Source: Blastocatellia bacterium (GTDB lineage Bacteria; Acidobacteriota; Blastocatellia; RBC074). Taken from it: a stretch of DNA of 64,000 nt. A program made the position numbers and the translations under genes. The stretch spans positions 416 through 64,415 of the forward strand of contig DASRDU010000099.1 in NCBI GenBank assembly GCA_035652435.1, in the 5' to 3' direction. Of the stretch, positions 1 to 8,510 are shown piece by piece. The notes under the pieces were generated by a model. The model was given only the letters and a program-made list of their open reading frames with translations, was not told the origin of the DNA and searched no databases. The first letter of the stretch is position 1, and each line of letters begins with the position of its first letter.

Positions 1-53
1 ACCATCGCGATCTCGCGGATGATTTCAGGCGAAGGTTCGTTATTGTTTTTCAT
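1..53 (-). CDS. 5' end (about 17 codons, MKNNNEPSPEIIREIAM...) of a gene that runs off the left edge; product unknown
   Basis: ATG at 51-53 on the minus strand preceded by a GAGGCGGG purine-rich stretch. The body lies outside the window. Confidence 0.3.
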   Translation of the reverse strand, partial: MKNNNEPSPEIIREIAM

Positions 54-873
54 CCCGCCTCAACATTCCGCCGCCTGATGTGCCGAAATAAATATCGCCG
101 GTTTTCCCGATGGAGGCCAAGACAGGCCTCTCGGGGAGAGTGTCGCAGTGTCCCGTCCGACCTGAATTTCCCCTGAAAGCTTCACGCCGCCCCGGGGGGA
201 GGGCCTGTTACACCAGAGACGCCGCCCGGGGAAATTAGCATGCCCCGGTCATAAAGTTTTTCACGATTGGATAATTAAAGAATGACTGGCAGGGGCCGGA
301 TCACCGTCAGGCCCGAAACCGAATCGCCCGTTCTCCCACACGGAAGTGGCAATCCCCAGGCCGACCGAAGGGCGCTCGTGTCCAGTGGAGAGGATGACGT
401 GCCCTCTGCCTTTAACAGACATGGGCCGATCCGACACCGGGCGAAATGACATTGGAATGCGGGCTGGGTTTGATGTGGCGGACAATAGAAAAGGCGGAAC
501 CGTTAGGCCCCGCCCCTCGGCGACGTCCTCAGCCATAAGATACCGTCGCCAGTTGGCCGGAATTATAGGGGCAAAACTGCCCGGGCGAAATGGCTGCTAC
601 CGGTAACGGAACGCAGGCCTGATGAATTATTTTCCGGAAGGCCGGCGGGGTTTTCCGGCCTTCGTTCCCGCGCCTCCCGCACAACTCAGGGTGAGTAATC
701 CCGGGTGTCCGGCCCCAAAGGAGCATGATCCGAATCGTCAGCCTGTCCCGACCGCACGGTGAAATACTGGCCACTTTCGGGCCCGGGATTCCCGCTTGTT
801 CTGACCGGCAGCTCATCTCACTTCCCCTCGGGGTTCAGTCTCAATTCTCCCGGTCCCATTCCGCCCCGGTCTG

Positions 874-948
874 TCAACGCCACAGCTTGTCCACGCGGCT
901 CGTGAGCCAGCAGATCAGAATGAGCAGCAGGATGAAGAGGTCAGTCAT
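874..948 (-). CDS. 24-aa hydrophobic mini-ORF (MTDLFILLLILICWLTSRVDKLWR), a possible small membrane peptide
   Basis: AAGGAG sits 6 nt upstream of the ATG at 946-948 and the stop (TGA) is at 874-876. It is below the 60-aa ORF-track cutoff and has a single-TM-like composition. No family was recognised. Confidence 0.25.
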   Translation of the reverse strand: MTDLFILLLILICWLTSRVDKLWR

Positions 949-1053
949 TTACACTCCTTCGTCGCCATCCCCCTGACATGAGTTCCGGGCGGGGGCGGCG
1001 GTGCATTGACAGTATGGAATGGGGGAGCCTTTGATACTCCGATTGTTCACCGG

Positions 1054-1368
1054 TCAGATTCCCTGCCGGCGCGGCGTCTGATTTTCGGGCGGAGAAATCA
1101 TCTGACGGGCGAGTGAACGGACCAGGCAGATGCGGATCACGCGCCGGCGCTGCCGGCGGTCGAGCATGCCCCAGCCCGCCAGCGGGCCATAACATTCACG
1201 GATCGCCGTGAGCAGATCGGGGAGCGCCGCGCCGCATTCGATCAGCGCGTTTTTGGCGCGGATATTCCAGCGGAGCTGCTGCCGGTCGGAGGGCGCTCCG
1301 TCAGAGAGGTAGAGCGCCAGCTCCGCGCCCTGATCAAGCAGCGGCGGTCTGTCTGGTTTGGCGACCAT
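1054..1368 (-). CDS. hypothetical protein (about 104 aa counted from the ATG at 1368; listed ORF extends to 1485)
   Basis: Six-frame ORF. The region downstream of the ATG at 1366-1368 looks protein-like (LLDQGAELALYLSDG...), whereas the listed N-terminal extension is Ser/Ala/Pro/Cys-rich noise. No Shine-Dalgarno was seen. Confidence 0.25.
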   Translation of the reverse strand: MVAKPDRPPLLDQGAELALYLSDGAPSDRQQLRWNIRAKNALIECGAALPDLLTAIRECYGPLAGWGMLDRRQRRRVIRICLVRSLARQMISPPENQTPRRQGI

Positions 1369-1570
1369 TGTCGGTGGCCAGCATCTCAAGGGCCGCGTCG
1401 AGCAGCCGCTCGCGCTCGCCGAGCAGTGCGCGGACGGCGGCGGCGCGGGCCGCGCATTCGTCACGCTCCGCCCGCAGGCGCTCACAGAGATGCGCCTCGA
1501 TTGCCAGCCTGTTCTCAGGAAAGGGATGCAGTTTCGGTTCGGTCATTTGTGGTGTAATTTTGCCGGTCAT
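1334..1570 (-). CDS. hypothetical 78-aa Glu/Arg/Leu-rich (coiled-coil-like) protein
   Basis: ATG at 1568-1570 with AAAGGG upstream. Its 3' end overlaps the next ORF by about 35 nt. Its C-terminus (RLLDAALEML..DNG) resembles the N-terminus of the overlapping ORF (PLLDQGAELALYL.SDG). Confidence 0.25.
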   Translation of the reverse strand: MTGKITPQMTEPKLHPFPENRLAIEAHLCERLRAERDECAARAAAVRALLGERERLLDAALEMLATDNGRQTRQTAAA

Positions 1571-1995
1571 CTCACGACCCTTTCACCGGTCACGCGCCCT
1601 GTCCGGCTCTCGTAAACCCTCGGATAGAATCTGTCATTTGTCCCGCAGACCACGACAACGCCATTCGGCCCCTGACAAAGTGCGGGCGGCAGCGGCGGCG
1701 ACTGTGGGGGATCCGAAAAAAAGATCAGCCAGATCAGAAGCCATGTAAACATTTGGCGATTCTCCCCGGTGGTCAGAGTAAACGGAAGGCGACAGAAGCT
1801 GATCACGGGGAGAGCCGGAACTGCCGCTTCAGGCCAGTTATGCGTTTCACCTCTTTTCCCTGCAATCGGAGTGCCAGTGGGTATTGTCCGCTCCCGCAGT
1901 GCCGCAATTTATCAGTCGCCCCTGAAATGTTCCGGCGCCGTGGTCGCCCGAAGCGAGTGAGGCCGGGCTGGAGCAGTCGGATTTCATACGGCTCA

Positions 1996-2024
1996 TTGCC
2001 GCGCGCCAGGCGCTCCCCTATAAT
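1996..2024 (+). promoter_or_regulatory. sigma-70-like promoter for argF (TTGCCG-N17-TATAAT)
   Basis: A perfect -10 TATAAT at 2019-2024 sits 17 nt downstream of TTGCCG. An AGGAG Shine-Dalgarno and the TTG start at 2069 follow. Confidence 0.4.
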
Positions 2025-2068
2025 CGCCGACTCAATTTCCACATCACCCTCTCTGACAGGAGCTGAAG

Positions 2069-2998
2069 TTGGCACTCAAAGACCTGATTTCGATCAACGA
2101 CCTGACGACAAAGGAAGTCCGCCAGATCTTCACGACCGCCGCGGCCATCAAGGCCCGCCCGCAGGATTTTCGTGACGCGCTGGCCGGAAAGAGTGTGGCG
2201 CTGATTTTCGAAAAGCCCAGCCTCCGCACGCGTGTGACCTTTGACCTCGGCGCGACGCAGATGGGGGCCTCCTGCGTTTATCTCGACCACCAGGGCGTCC
2301 GGCTCGGCGAACGCGAGTCGGTCAAGGATATGGCGCTCAACCTGGAGCGCTGGGTGGATGCGATTGTGGCGCGCGTCTTCAGCCACGAGGTCGTGATCGA
2401 ATTTGCGGCCCACGCGCACGTCCCGGTGATCAACGGCCTCTCGGATTTTTCGCACCCGTGTCAGGGGCTGACCGATTACTTCACGCTCACGGAAAAAGTC
2501 GGTGATGACCTCAAGGGGTTTCGCATTGCTTACGTCGGCGACGGCAACAACACCTGCCACTCGCTGGTTTTCGGTGCGGCGCGGGTCGGGGCACATCTGA
2601 CGGTCGGAACGCCGAAAGGTTACGAGCCGGACGAGGAGGTGCTGAAGGAGGCGCGCAGGGATGCGAAAAAGACGGGCGCGAAGATTACGGTCGTCAACGA
2701 CCCTGACGAGGCGGTCGAAGGCGCTGACGCCGTCTACACGGACGTCTGGGCCTCGATGGGCTTTGAATCCGAGACCGAAAAGCGGCGCGAAATCTTCTCC
2801 CGCTTCCGCGTGACGAAGAAACTCATGTCGGCGGCGCGCAAGGGCGCGTTCTTCATGCACTGCCTGCCGGCGCACCGCGGCGACGAAGTGGACGCCGCCG
2901 TGATTGACCGCAAAGGCTCGATAGTTTATGACCAGGCCGAAAACCGCCTGCACACGCAGAAGGCCATTATGTTCCTGCTGATCCAGGCCAACAGCTGA
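2069..2998 (+). CDS. argF: ornithine carbamoyltransferase
   Basis: Shows the STRTR carbamoyl-phosphate motif, a DxxxSMG motif, and an HCLP(A)xRGxEV ornithine-binding motif. It is 309 aa with a TTG start after AGGAG. Confidence 0.9.
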   Translation: MALKDLISINDLTTKEVRQIFTTAAAIKARPQDFRDALAGKSVALIFEKPSLRTRVTFDLGATQMGASCVYLDHQGVRLGERESVKDMALNLERWVDAIVARVFSHEVVIEFAAHAHVPVINGLSDFSHPCQGLTDYFTLTEKVGDDLKGFRIAYVGDGNNTCHSLVFGAARVGAHLTVGTPKGYEPDEEVLKEARRDAKKTGAKITVVNDPDEAVEGADAVYTDVWASMGFESETEKRREIFSRFRVTKKLMSAARKGAFFMHCLPAHRGDEVDAAVIDRKGSIVYDQAENRLHTQKAIMFLLIQANS

Positions 2999-3001
2999 GA
3001 T

Positions 3002-3045
3002 ATTGCGGATTGCGGTCAACGCAGTGCGTTGAATTGGATTGCGGA
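3002..3045. repeat. 44-bp palindromic mini-element, copy A: two ATTGCGG heptamers, a near-palindromic TCAACGCAGTGCGTTGA core, then an ATTGCGG heptamer; intergenic between argF and murJ
   Basis: Matches 6434-6477 at 42 of 44 positions. The central core can form a hairpin. Confidence 0.7.
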
Positions 3046-3104
3046 ATTGAAACCGCGCCGCTCCCCGCCAATCGTCATTTACTCAGGTTCCTGTCCGCAA
3101 TTCG

Positions 3105-4829
3105 ATGAGTAATAACCCTTCAACCACAGACTCCATCTCTCCAGATCCGCAGTCCGCAGTCCGCAATCCGCAATCCAAAAGCATCGCGCGTTCCGCCGGG
3201 GTCGTCAGCATCGCGGTGATGGGCAGCCGCGTGCTGGGGCTGGTGCGCGACCAGATCTTCGCCATGTTTTTCGGCGCGGGGTTCGCCAATGACGCTTTCA
3301 TCATCGCGTTTCGCATCCCCAATCTGCTGCGCGACCTGTTTGCGGAAGGCGCACTGTCGGCGGCGTTCGTCACGACTTTTTCCCAGACCCTGACGAAGAA
3401 AGGCGAGCAGGAGGCCTGGCGGCTGGCGAATCTGGTCAACAATGGGTTGATCCTGGTGCTTTCTATCGTCGTGATTCTGGGGATCATCTTCGCGCCGGAA
3501 GTGGTGAATCTGCTGATGGCGAAAAGCCAGGCGGCGAATGACCCGGTCAAAGCCGCGCAGACCTTTCAGCTGGCAGTCACGATGACGCGGATTATGTTCC
3601 CCTTCCTGCTGATGGTCTCGCTCGCGGCGGTGGCGATGGGGGTACTCAATACCAAAGAACACTTCGGCGTTCCGGCTTCGGCCTCGACGCTTTTCAACGT
3701 CGGCTCGATCTTCGGCGGGCTCTTTTTTTCTTACCTGCTGGCCCCCGATTACATCTCCGCGATCATTCATAATCAGAAACCGGACGCGCAGGGCGCGGCG
3801 CGCGCCATCGTCGGCATGGCGATTGGCACGATGATCGGGGGCCTGATGCAATGGCTGATTCAGGTGCCGAGCCTGCGTTCGGTCGGTTACAGGTGGCAGC
3901 CGATCCTGAGCTTTCGCGATGAAGGCGTGCGGCAGGTCATGCGGCTGATGGCCCCGGCGATCATCGGCTCGGCGGCCGTACAGATCAACACGACCGTCAA
4001 CACGGCCTTCGCTTCGTCCCTGGGCGAAGGCCCGGTTTCGTGGCTCCAATACGCGTTCCGGCTGATCCAGTTCCCCATCGGCGTTTTCGGCGTCGCCATC
4101 TCTACAGCGACTTTGCCGGTGACTTCACGCGCCGCCGCGCTTGAGGACCTGGGAGAATTTCGCCGCACCATCGCCTCGGCGCTGCGGCTGACGCTGCTGC
4201 TCACAGTCCCTTCGGCCGTCGGCCTGGCTGTCCTGAGCCGCCCGATCATCGGGATGATCTACCAGCGCCGGCAGTTCACCGCCGCAGACACGGATCAGGT
4301 GGCGGCGGCGCTGGTCTATTACGCCTTCGGGCTGACGGCGTATTCGGCCATCAAGGTACTCGCGCCGGCCTTTTACGCGCTCAGGGATACGCGCATCCCG
4401 ATGCTCGCGAGCGTGCTTTCGATCATCACGAATGGCGTCGTCGCGTGGCTCGCGGTCAGGCAGTTCGGCATCGGGCACCGCGGCCTGGCGCTTTCGGTCT
4501 CGGCGGTGGCGGTGGTCAACTGTGCGCTGCTGTTCTTCTTTCTGCGGCGCAAACTGAACGGGATTGAGGGGCGCGGGCTGGCGATTGCTTTCGGCAAGGT
4601 GTTACTCGCCTCGGCGGTCATGGGCGCGGTGTGCTGGTTCCTCAGCGATCAGATCACACGGTTACTCAGCGCAGGTTCGTTGTTCGCGCGGCTGGTAAAT
4701 GTCGGCGTTTCGGTCGCCGTCGGAGTGCTGGTGTTTGTGGTGACGGCGCGATTGCTCGGGGTGGAAGAACTTGACCAGATGGCCGCCATGCTCAGGCGCA
4801 GATTCGGGAGAGGGCGGAATCGCAGGTGA
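3105..4829 (+). CDS. murJ: lipid II flippase MurJ (MviN family)
   Basis: Conserved MurJ N-terminal block SAGVVSIAVMGSRVLGLVRDQIFAMFFGAG, with about 14 TM helices over 574 aa. Codons 14-25 are encoded by a heptamer-repeat array. Confidence 0.9.
   Translation: MSNNPSTTDSISPDPQSAVRNPQSKSIARSAGVVSIAVMGSRVLGLVRDQIFAMFFGAGFANDAFIIAFRIPNLLRDLFAEGALSAAFVTTFSQTLTKKGEQEAWRLANLVNNGLILVLSIVVILGIIFAPEVVNLLMAKSQAANDPVKAAQTFQLAVTMTRIMFPFLLMVSLAAVAMGVLNTKEHFGVPASASTLFNVGSIFGGLFFSYLLAPDYISAIIHNQKPDAQGAARAIVGMAIGTMIGGLMQWLIQVPSLRSVGYRWQPILSFRDEGVRQVMRLMAPAIIGSAAVQINTTVNTAFASSLGEGPVSWLQYAFRLIQFPIGVFGVAISTATLPVTSRAAALEDLGEFRRTIASALRLTLLLTVPSAVGLAVLSRPIIGMIYQRRQFTAADTDQVAAALVYYAFGLTAYSAIKVLAPAFYALRDTRIPMLASVLSIITNGVVAWLAVRQFGIGHRGLALSVSAVAVVNCALLFFFLRRKLNGIEGRGLAIAFGKVLLASAVMGAVCWFLSDQITRLLSAGSLFARLVNVGVSVAVGVLVFVVTARLLGVEELDQMAAMLRRRFGRGRNRR
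3147..3176. repeat. tandem array of four heptamers (CCGCAGT x2, CCGCAAT x2; the reverse complement of (A/C)TTGCGG) inside the 5' end of murJ
   Basis: Direct tandem 7-mers. They encode the DPQSAVRNPQS stretch of the MurJ N-terminus. Confidence 0.65.
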
Positions 4830-4937
4830 GCGCAGGTTCGACAAGCTGCCAGCTTGTCGGTGTCATCAGGTAAAGGCCGATTGGAATTGAAATGTGCCGG
4901 ACAGGAATACTGCGACAAGCTGGCAACTCGTCGAACG

Positions 4938-5414
4938 TCATCTGACCTCAATCATCAATGGTTGTTCGGAGAGAGGCAGCAGGATTCTGGAACTGTCTGA
5001 TGACGGGCGCAGGGCATAAACCTGGACGGTGTGCCTGCCCGCGGCCGGGCGCACGGACTCAAGCGTGAAGGTGAAGCCGTGAAGCCGATCATTTGCCGCG
5101 CCTGCTCTGACCAGATCGCCCCGACTTTCGTCCGCGTGACGGACGGCGACGAACTGGCCGTCAATGAAGAGCTGAACTTCAATCGCCTCTCCGGGCTTGC
5201 GCGGGTCAGCCACCCAACCCGCCACCCGATGCTCATCGGCCACGTCAATCGCGCCGCGCAACTGCGGGTTAAAATGCCAGTAAGCGGCGAGCGCCACCAG
5301 CGCGGAGACCACCAGAATTTCCAGAAACGATTTCGCCAGGACGGCACGCAGCAGCCGTGTCGCCAGCGATGACTCTGCCGCCGGCAGGCGCGAGATTTGA
5401 GTTGCTGGTTTCAT
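4938..5414 (-). CDS. hypothetical membrane-anchored protein (N-terminal TM helix, then a soluble roughly 110-aa domain)
   Basis: 158-aa ORF with the hydrophobic segment LEILVVSALVALAAYW. No family was recognised. Confidence 0.45.
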   Translation of the reverse strand: MKPATQISRLPAAESSLATRLLRAVLAKSFLEILVVSALVALAAYWHFNPQLRGAIDVADEHRVAGWVADPRKPGEAIEVQLFIDGQFVAVRHADESRGDLVRAGAANDRLHGFTFTLESVRPAAGRHTVQVYALRPSSDSSRILLPLSEQPLMIEVR

Positions 5415-5433
5415 CTCTGCTCGTGCTGCCCCG

Positions 5434-6579
5434 CTAAACCAGATCGCGCGGGCGGCCCTGATAATTCAGACATAGATAACCCACATCTGACCCCCGCGTC
5501 AGATTCCACGCGGCCTCGGCCAGTGCCGCGACCACCTTATCAAAACTGGCAAACCTCGCGTCCTGTGTTTGACCGTTATGGTAGCGGAAGAAGATCTGCT
5601 GGGCGACGACGGCCACCTTGAAGAGCGCGAAGGTTTCGTAATACGAGATCGCCGAAACATCACGACCCGTGCGCGCCGCATAACGTTCGACGATTTCAGC
5701 GCGCGTCATCCATCCGGGTGAGGCCGTCACGCTTCTCGCGGCTTCGAGCCGCACCGCCGGGTCGTCGGATTGCGACCAGTAACAGAGCAGGATGCCAAGG
5801 TCCACGAGCGGATCGCCGACCGCAGACATCTCCCAGTCGAGTACCGCAACTACCCGGGTCGGGTCGGCGGCGTCAAGCATCACGTTATCGAGCTTGTAAT
5901 CGTTGTGCAGCAGCGTCGGCTGCGGGGGGTCGGGCGGGAGGTTTTTGATGAGCCAGGCGATCACCTCATCAATCGCCGGAACGTCGCTGGTTTTCGCGCG
6001 CTCCCAGCGCCCGGCCCAGCCTTTCACCTGGCGTTCGACGAAGCCCGCAGGCTTGCCCAGCCTGTCGAGCGCGTTTGCCTGTATGTCAATCGCGTGCAGA
6101 TCGGCGAGCGTGTCAACGACAGACTCGCTCACGCGGCGGCGCAGTTTCAGATCGTTGCCGATCTCCGGCGGTATTTCGCGGCGCACGACGATTCCCTGCC
6201 GCCGCTCCATCAGGTAAAACGGCGCCCCAATGACGCCCGTGTCTTCGCACAACAGGTAAGGCCGCGGGGCCAGCGGAAAGACCGGGTGAATTGCCGCGAG
6301 CAGCCGATACTCACGCGGCATGTCGTGCGCCGTCGGCGCGACCGGGCCGACGGGCGGGCGCCGCAGCACAAACTCGCGTCCCTCAAGGCGCACCAGATAA
6401 GTCAGATTCGAATGGCCGCCGGGAAACTGCTCGATTGCGGATTGCGGTCGACGCAGTGCGTCGAATTGGATTGCGGATCCCTCTTCGCCGAGTAATTCGG
6501 GCAGATGCTCGCGCAAATACGCATTCAGTGCCTCCTGATTGAGTTCTTCGCCGGCGCGAATTGGTGTAGTATCAGACAT
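5434..6579 (-). CDS. phosphotransferase-family kinase (APH / choline-kinase-like fold)
   Basis: N-terminal GGxSNLTYLV motif, the Brenner motif [11 protein letters not shown], and the downstream [11 protein letters not shown] motif. The start was taken at [10 protein letters not shown] (ATG at 6577-6579). The listed 568-aa ORF is an upstream extension over the neighbouring gene. Confidence 0.8.
   Translation of the reverse strand: MSDTTPIRAGEELNQEALNAYLREHLPELLGEEGSAIQFDALRRPQSAIEQFPGGHSNLTYLVRLEGREFVLRRPPVGPVAPTAHDMPREYRLLAAIHPVFPLAPRPYLLCEDTGVIGAPFYLMERRQGIVVRREIPPEIGNDLKLRRRVSESVVDTLADLHAIDIQANALDRLGKPAGFVERQVKGWAGRWERAKTSDVPAIDEVIAWLIKNLPPDPPQPTLLHNDYKLDNVMLDAADPTRVVAVLDWEMSAVGDPLVDLGILLCYWSQSDDPAVRLEAARSVTASPGWMTRAEIVERYAARTGRDVSAISYYETFALFKVAVVAQQIFFRYHNGQTQDARFASFDKVVAALAEAAWNLTRGSDVGYLCLNYQGRPRDLV
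6434..6477. repeat. 44-bp palindromic mini-element, copy B, inserted in-frame in the APH-like CDS (encodes [15 protein letters not shown])
   Basis: Matches 3002-3045 at 42 of 44 positions (reverse-complement orientation relative to the gene). Confidence 0.7.
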
Positions 6580-6597
6580 AAGTAAAGCGGTCAGGGC

Positions 6598-6621
6598 TTC
6601 TGTCAGAAGTCTGTGACTTCT
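6598..6621. promoter_or_regulatory. nested palindromes CTTCTG-T-CAGAAG and AGAAGTC-TGT-GACTTCT in the promoter region of the APH-like gene; candidate operator
   Basis: Inverted repeats read directly from the sequence. It shares the TGTCAG...TCTGTGACT core with 27201-27219. Confidence 0.3.
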
Positions 6622-6686
6622 CGTTTGCAGCGGCGAGTGACAACTTACAACCGACCGCCGACCACTGGCAACTGACTGCTGCCTTT

Positions 6687-8222
6687 TTACCACCAGCCGA
6701 GTATCTTCCACCACGCCAGCCCCACTGTCGCCCAGATCAGGATGTTCGGGAGGGATGCGATCAGGCCGAGCTGCCACCATTTCTGCTGGGTGACGTAACC
6801 CGCGCCGAAATAGATCGGCCCGGGCGTCGTGCCGTAATGCGTGAGCGAAGCGGAGAGGTTGGAAAAATACGCGAGCAACAGTACGGCCAGATACGGCGGC
6901 GCCCCGGCGGCAATGATGACGGTCAGGAACGGGATGTTCATTGCCAGCGCATGCGCCGTGATGCTGGCGAAGGCGTAGTGCGCGTAAAAGTAGATCAGCG
7001 CCAGGATCGCCAGCGCCGCCCACCACTTCCATCCGGCGGTGAATTTCGCGGCCCATTCGGCGAAACGTCTGGTGATCCCGGTTTCGCCCAGGGCTTCGGC
7101 CATGCGCACGAGTCCCCCGTACCAGATGAACACGTCCCACGCCCCGCGCTCGGCCAGCACGTCTTCCCAGTCAAGCACCCGGGCGAGCAGCAGCACGCAG
7201 ATTCCAACGAGCGCGACAACGGCGTAATCAATGTTGTGAAATTTCGTGGTCGTCCAGAGCGAGGCCACAAGCGCGAAGACGCAAAGCATCAGCTTTTCAT
7301 GGAGCGAGGGCGGCCCCATCAGGTCGAGTTCTTTCCGGGCGAATTCGACCGCGCCCGGGGTGTGCCTGACTTCCGGCGGGAAGATCCGATAAAGCACGAG
7401 CCCCGTCACGACGAGCGAGACCAGACCCGGCACGATCCCGCCGACCATCCAGCGCGTGTAATTCAGGTCAATCTCGCTCACCTGTCTGGCGAATCTCTGG
7501 ATGACCAGATTCCCCGCCTGCCCCGTCAGGAACATCGCGCAAATGATCACCTCGCACTGATAGACGAAGCTCATCAGGAACGCGCCGAGCCGCCGGGCCG
7601 AGGGCCCGGGTCTTGAGTCGTAAGTTTCGGCAATGCTTTTGGCGACGGGAAAGGTAATACCGCCGCATCGCGCGCCGTTCGACGGAATGAATGTGGCGAG
7701 GAGCATATCCGCTCCGACCAGCGCGTAGCCGAGTCCGAGTGACCGCCGCCCGATGGTGCGAATGAACAGGAGCGCAATTCGCCGCCCGAGCCCGGTCCTG
7801 GTCATCCCGCGCGACATAAAGAATGCCGCGAGGACAAGCCAGACGACCGGGTCGGCGTACCCGGCCAGAATTGATTTGAGGCGCAGCGTTTCAAGTGCCC
7901 TCGCGTCGGCGGCAGTCCTGGCGAGCGCTTCGCTGATCGGCATGGATCTGGTGAGTGCCAGTGCGCTGATGCCGAGCAGAACCATCGCGCCGCCGGACGC
8001 GGGCCGCACGATTGAGCCGGCGATGGTCGCAACGAAGATTGCCAGCAGGCGCCAGGATTCGGGCGTGATCCCTTCCGGGCGCGGTGACATGGCGACACCG
8101 AGGCCCACCAGCAGCACAATACTCCATTTAATCAGCCTGACCCGGCGTGGTGAAATGCGCGGCTCTGCCTGAGCCGACAACCCTTGGGCAGTGTCAGGCC
8201 TTGAGTCCGGGATAATTTCCAT
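6687..8222 (-). CDS. DASS-family divalent anion:Na+ symporter / anion permease
   Basis: 511 aa, polytopic, with the typical DASS/SLC13 length and hydrophobicity profile and a conserved TGxxxNLV-like loop. Confidence 0.8.
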   Translation of the reverse strand: MEIIPDSRPDTAQGLSAQAEPRISPRRVRLIKWSIVLLVGLGVAMSPRPEGITPESWRLLAIFVATIAGSIVRPASGGAMVLLGISALALTRSMPISEALARTAADARALETLRLKSILAGYADPVVWLVLAAFFMSRGMTRTGLGRRIALLFIRTIGRRSLGLGYALVGADMLLATFIPSNGARCGGITFPVAKSIAETYDSRPGPSARRLGAFLMSFVYQCEVIICAMFLTGQAGNLVIQRFARQVSEIDLNYTRWMVGGIVPGLVSLVVTGLVLYRIFPPEVRHTPGAVEFARKELDLMGPPSLHEKLMLCVFALVASLWTTTKFHNIDYAVVALVGICVLLLARVLDWEDVLAERGAWDVFIWYGGLVRMAEALGETGITRRFAEWAAKFTAGWKWWAALAILALIYFYAHYAFASITAHALAMNIPFLTVIIAAGAPPYLAVLLLAYFSNLSASLTHYGTTPGPIYFGAGYVTQQKWWQLGLIASLPNILIWATVGLAWWKILGWW

Positions 8223-8510
8223 GAGGATTCGGCTCTCTGAATGAGATAAGGGGTTGTCAGCCTGTACGAGCGTCTGAATTGTCAGCGGCGCGATGCTAAC
8301 ACCGGGGCCGGCGCACGCACAAGCACCGCGCTCGGTGGCAATGAGTGCGATTTAAGATAGAAGACAGCAACCCATCAACACGTCCCGCGCGTCTAAGGTC
8401 GCGCCCTGATCCGTTCGGATCGGCGACTCAACCGACATTCAGGCAAGACCAGCACCCGGGCAGGGGTAGAGTTGGTTGGAGTCCTGAAAAAGCACAGCGG
8501 AGATAAAGCA

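Noticed and set aside
740-830. Possible cobalamin or glycine riboswitch (CGGTGAAATACTGGCCACTTTCGGG; ACCGAAGGG and GGAGAG nearby)
   Set aside because: Only fragments of the consensus are present (GCCACTT instead of GCCACTG, no B12-box or paired aptamer arrangement). No downstream transporter or biosynthesis gene in the right orientation.
1368-1748. 126-aa plus-strand ORF (and 1753-2175) upstream of or overlapping argF
   Set aside because: Ser/Arg-rich, low-complexity translation. The second overlaps the well-supported argF start in another frame.
4788-4830. Apparent 1-nt inconsistency when hand-translating the last ten codons of murJ against the ORF-track protein (…MLRRRFGRGRNRR)
   Set aside because: Most likely my own mis-reading at a line break. 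Downstream coordinates (for example the stop at 4938-4940) agree with the track, so no frameshift or pseudogene is claimed. Hand-derived coordinates in this answer may be off by 1 nt.
5434-7140. 568-aa ORF suggesting a much larger APH-like protein
   Set aside because: The N-terminal 187 residues are Arg/His/Gly-rich low-complexity and overlap the 3' end of the DASS transporter gene in another frame. A canonical APH N-terminus begins at [10 protein letters not shown] (6579), so the extension is a high-GC open-frame artefact.
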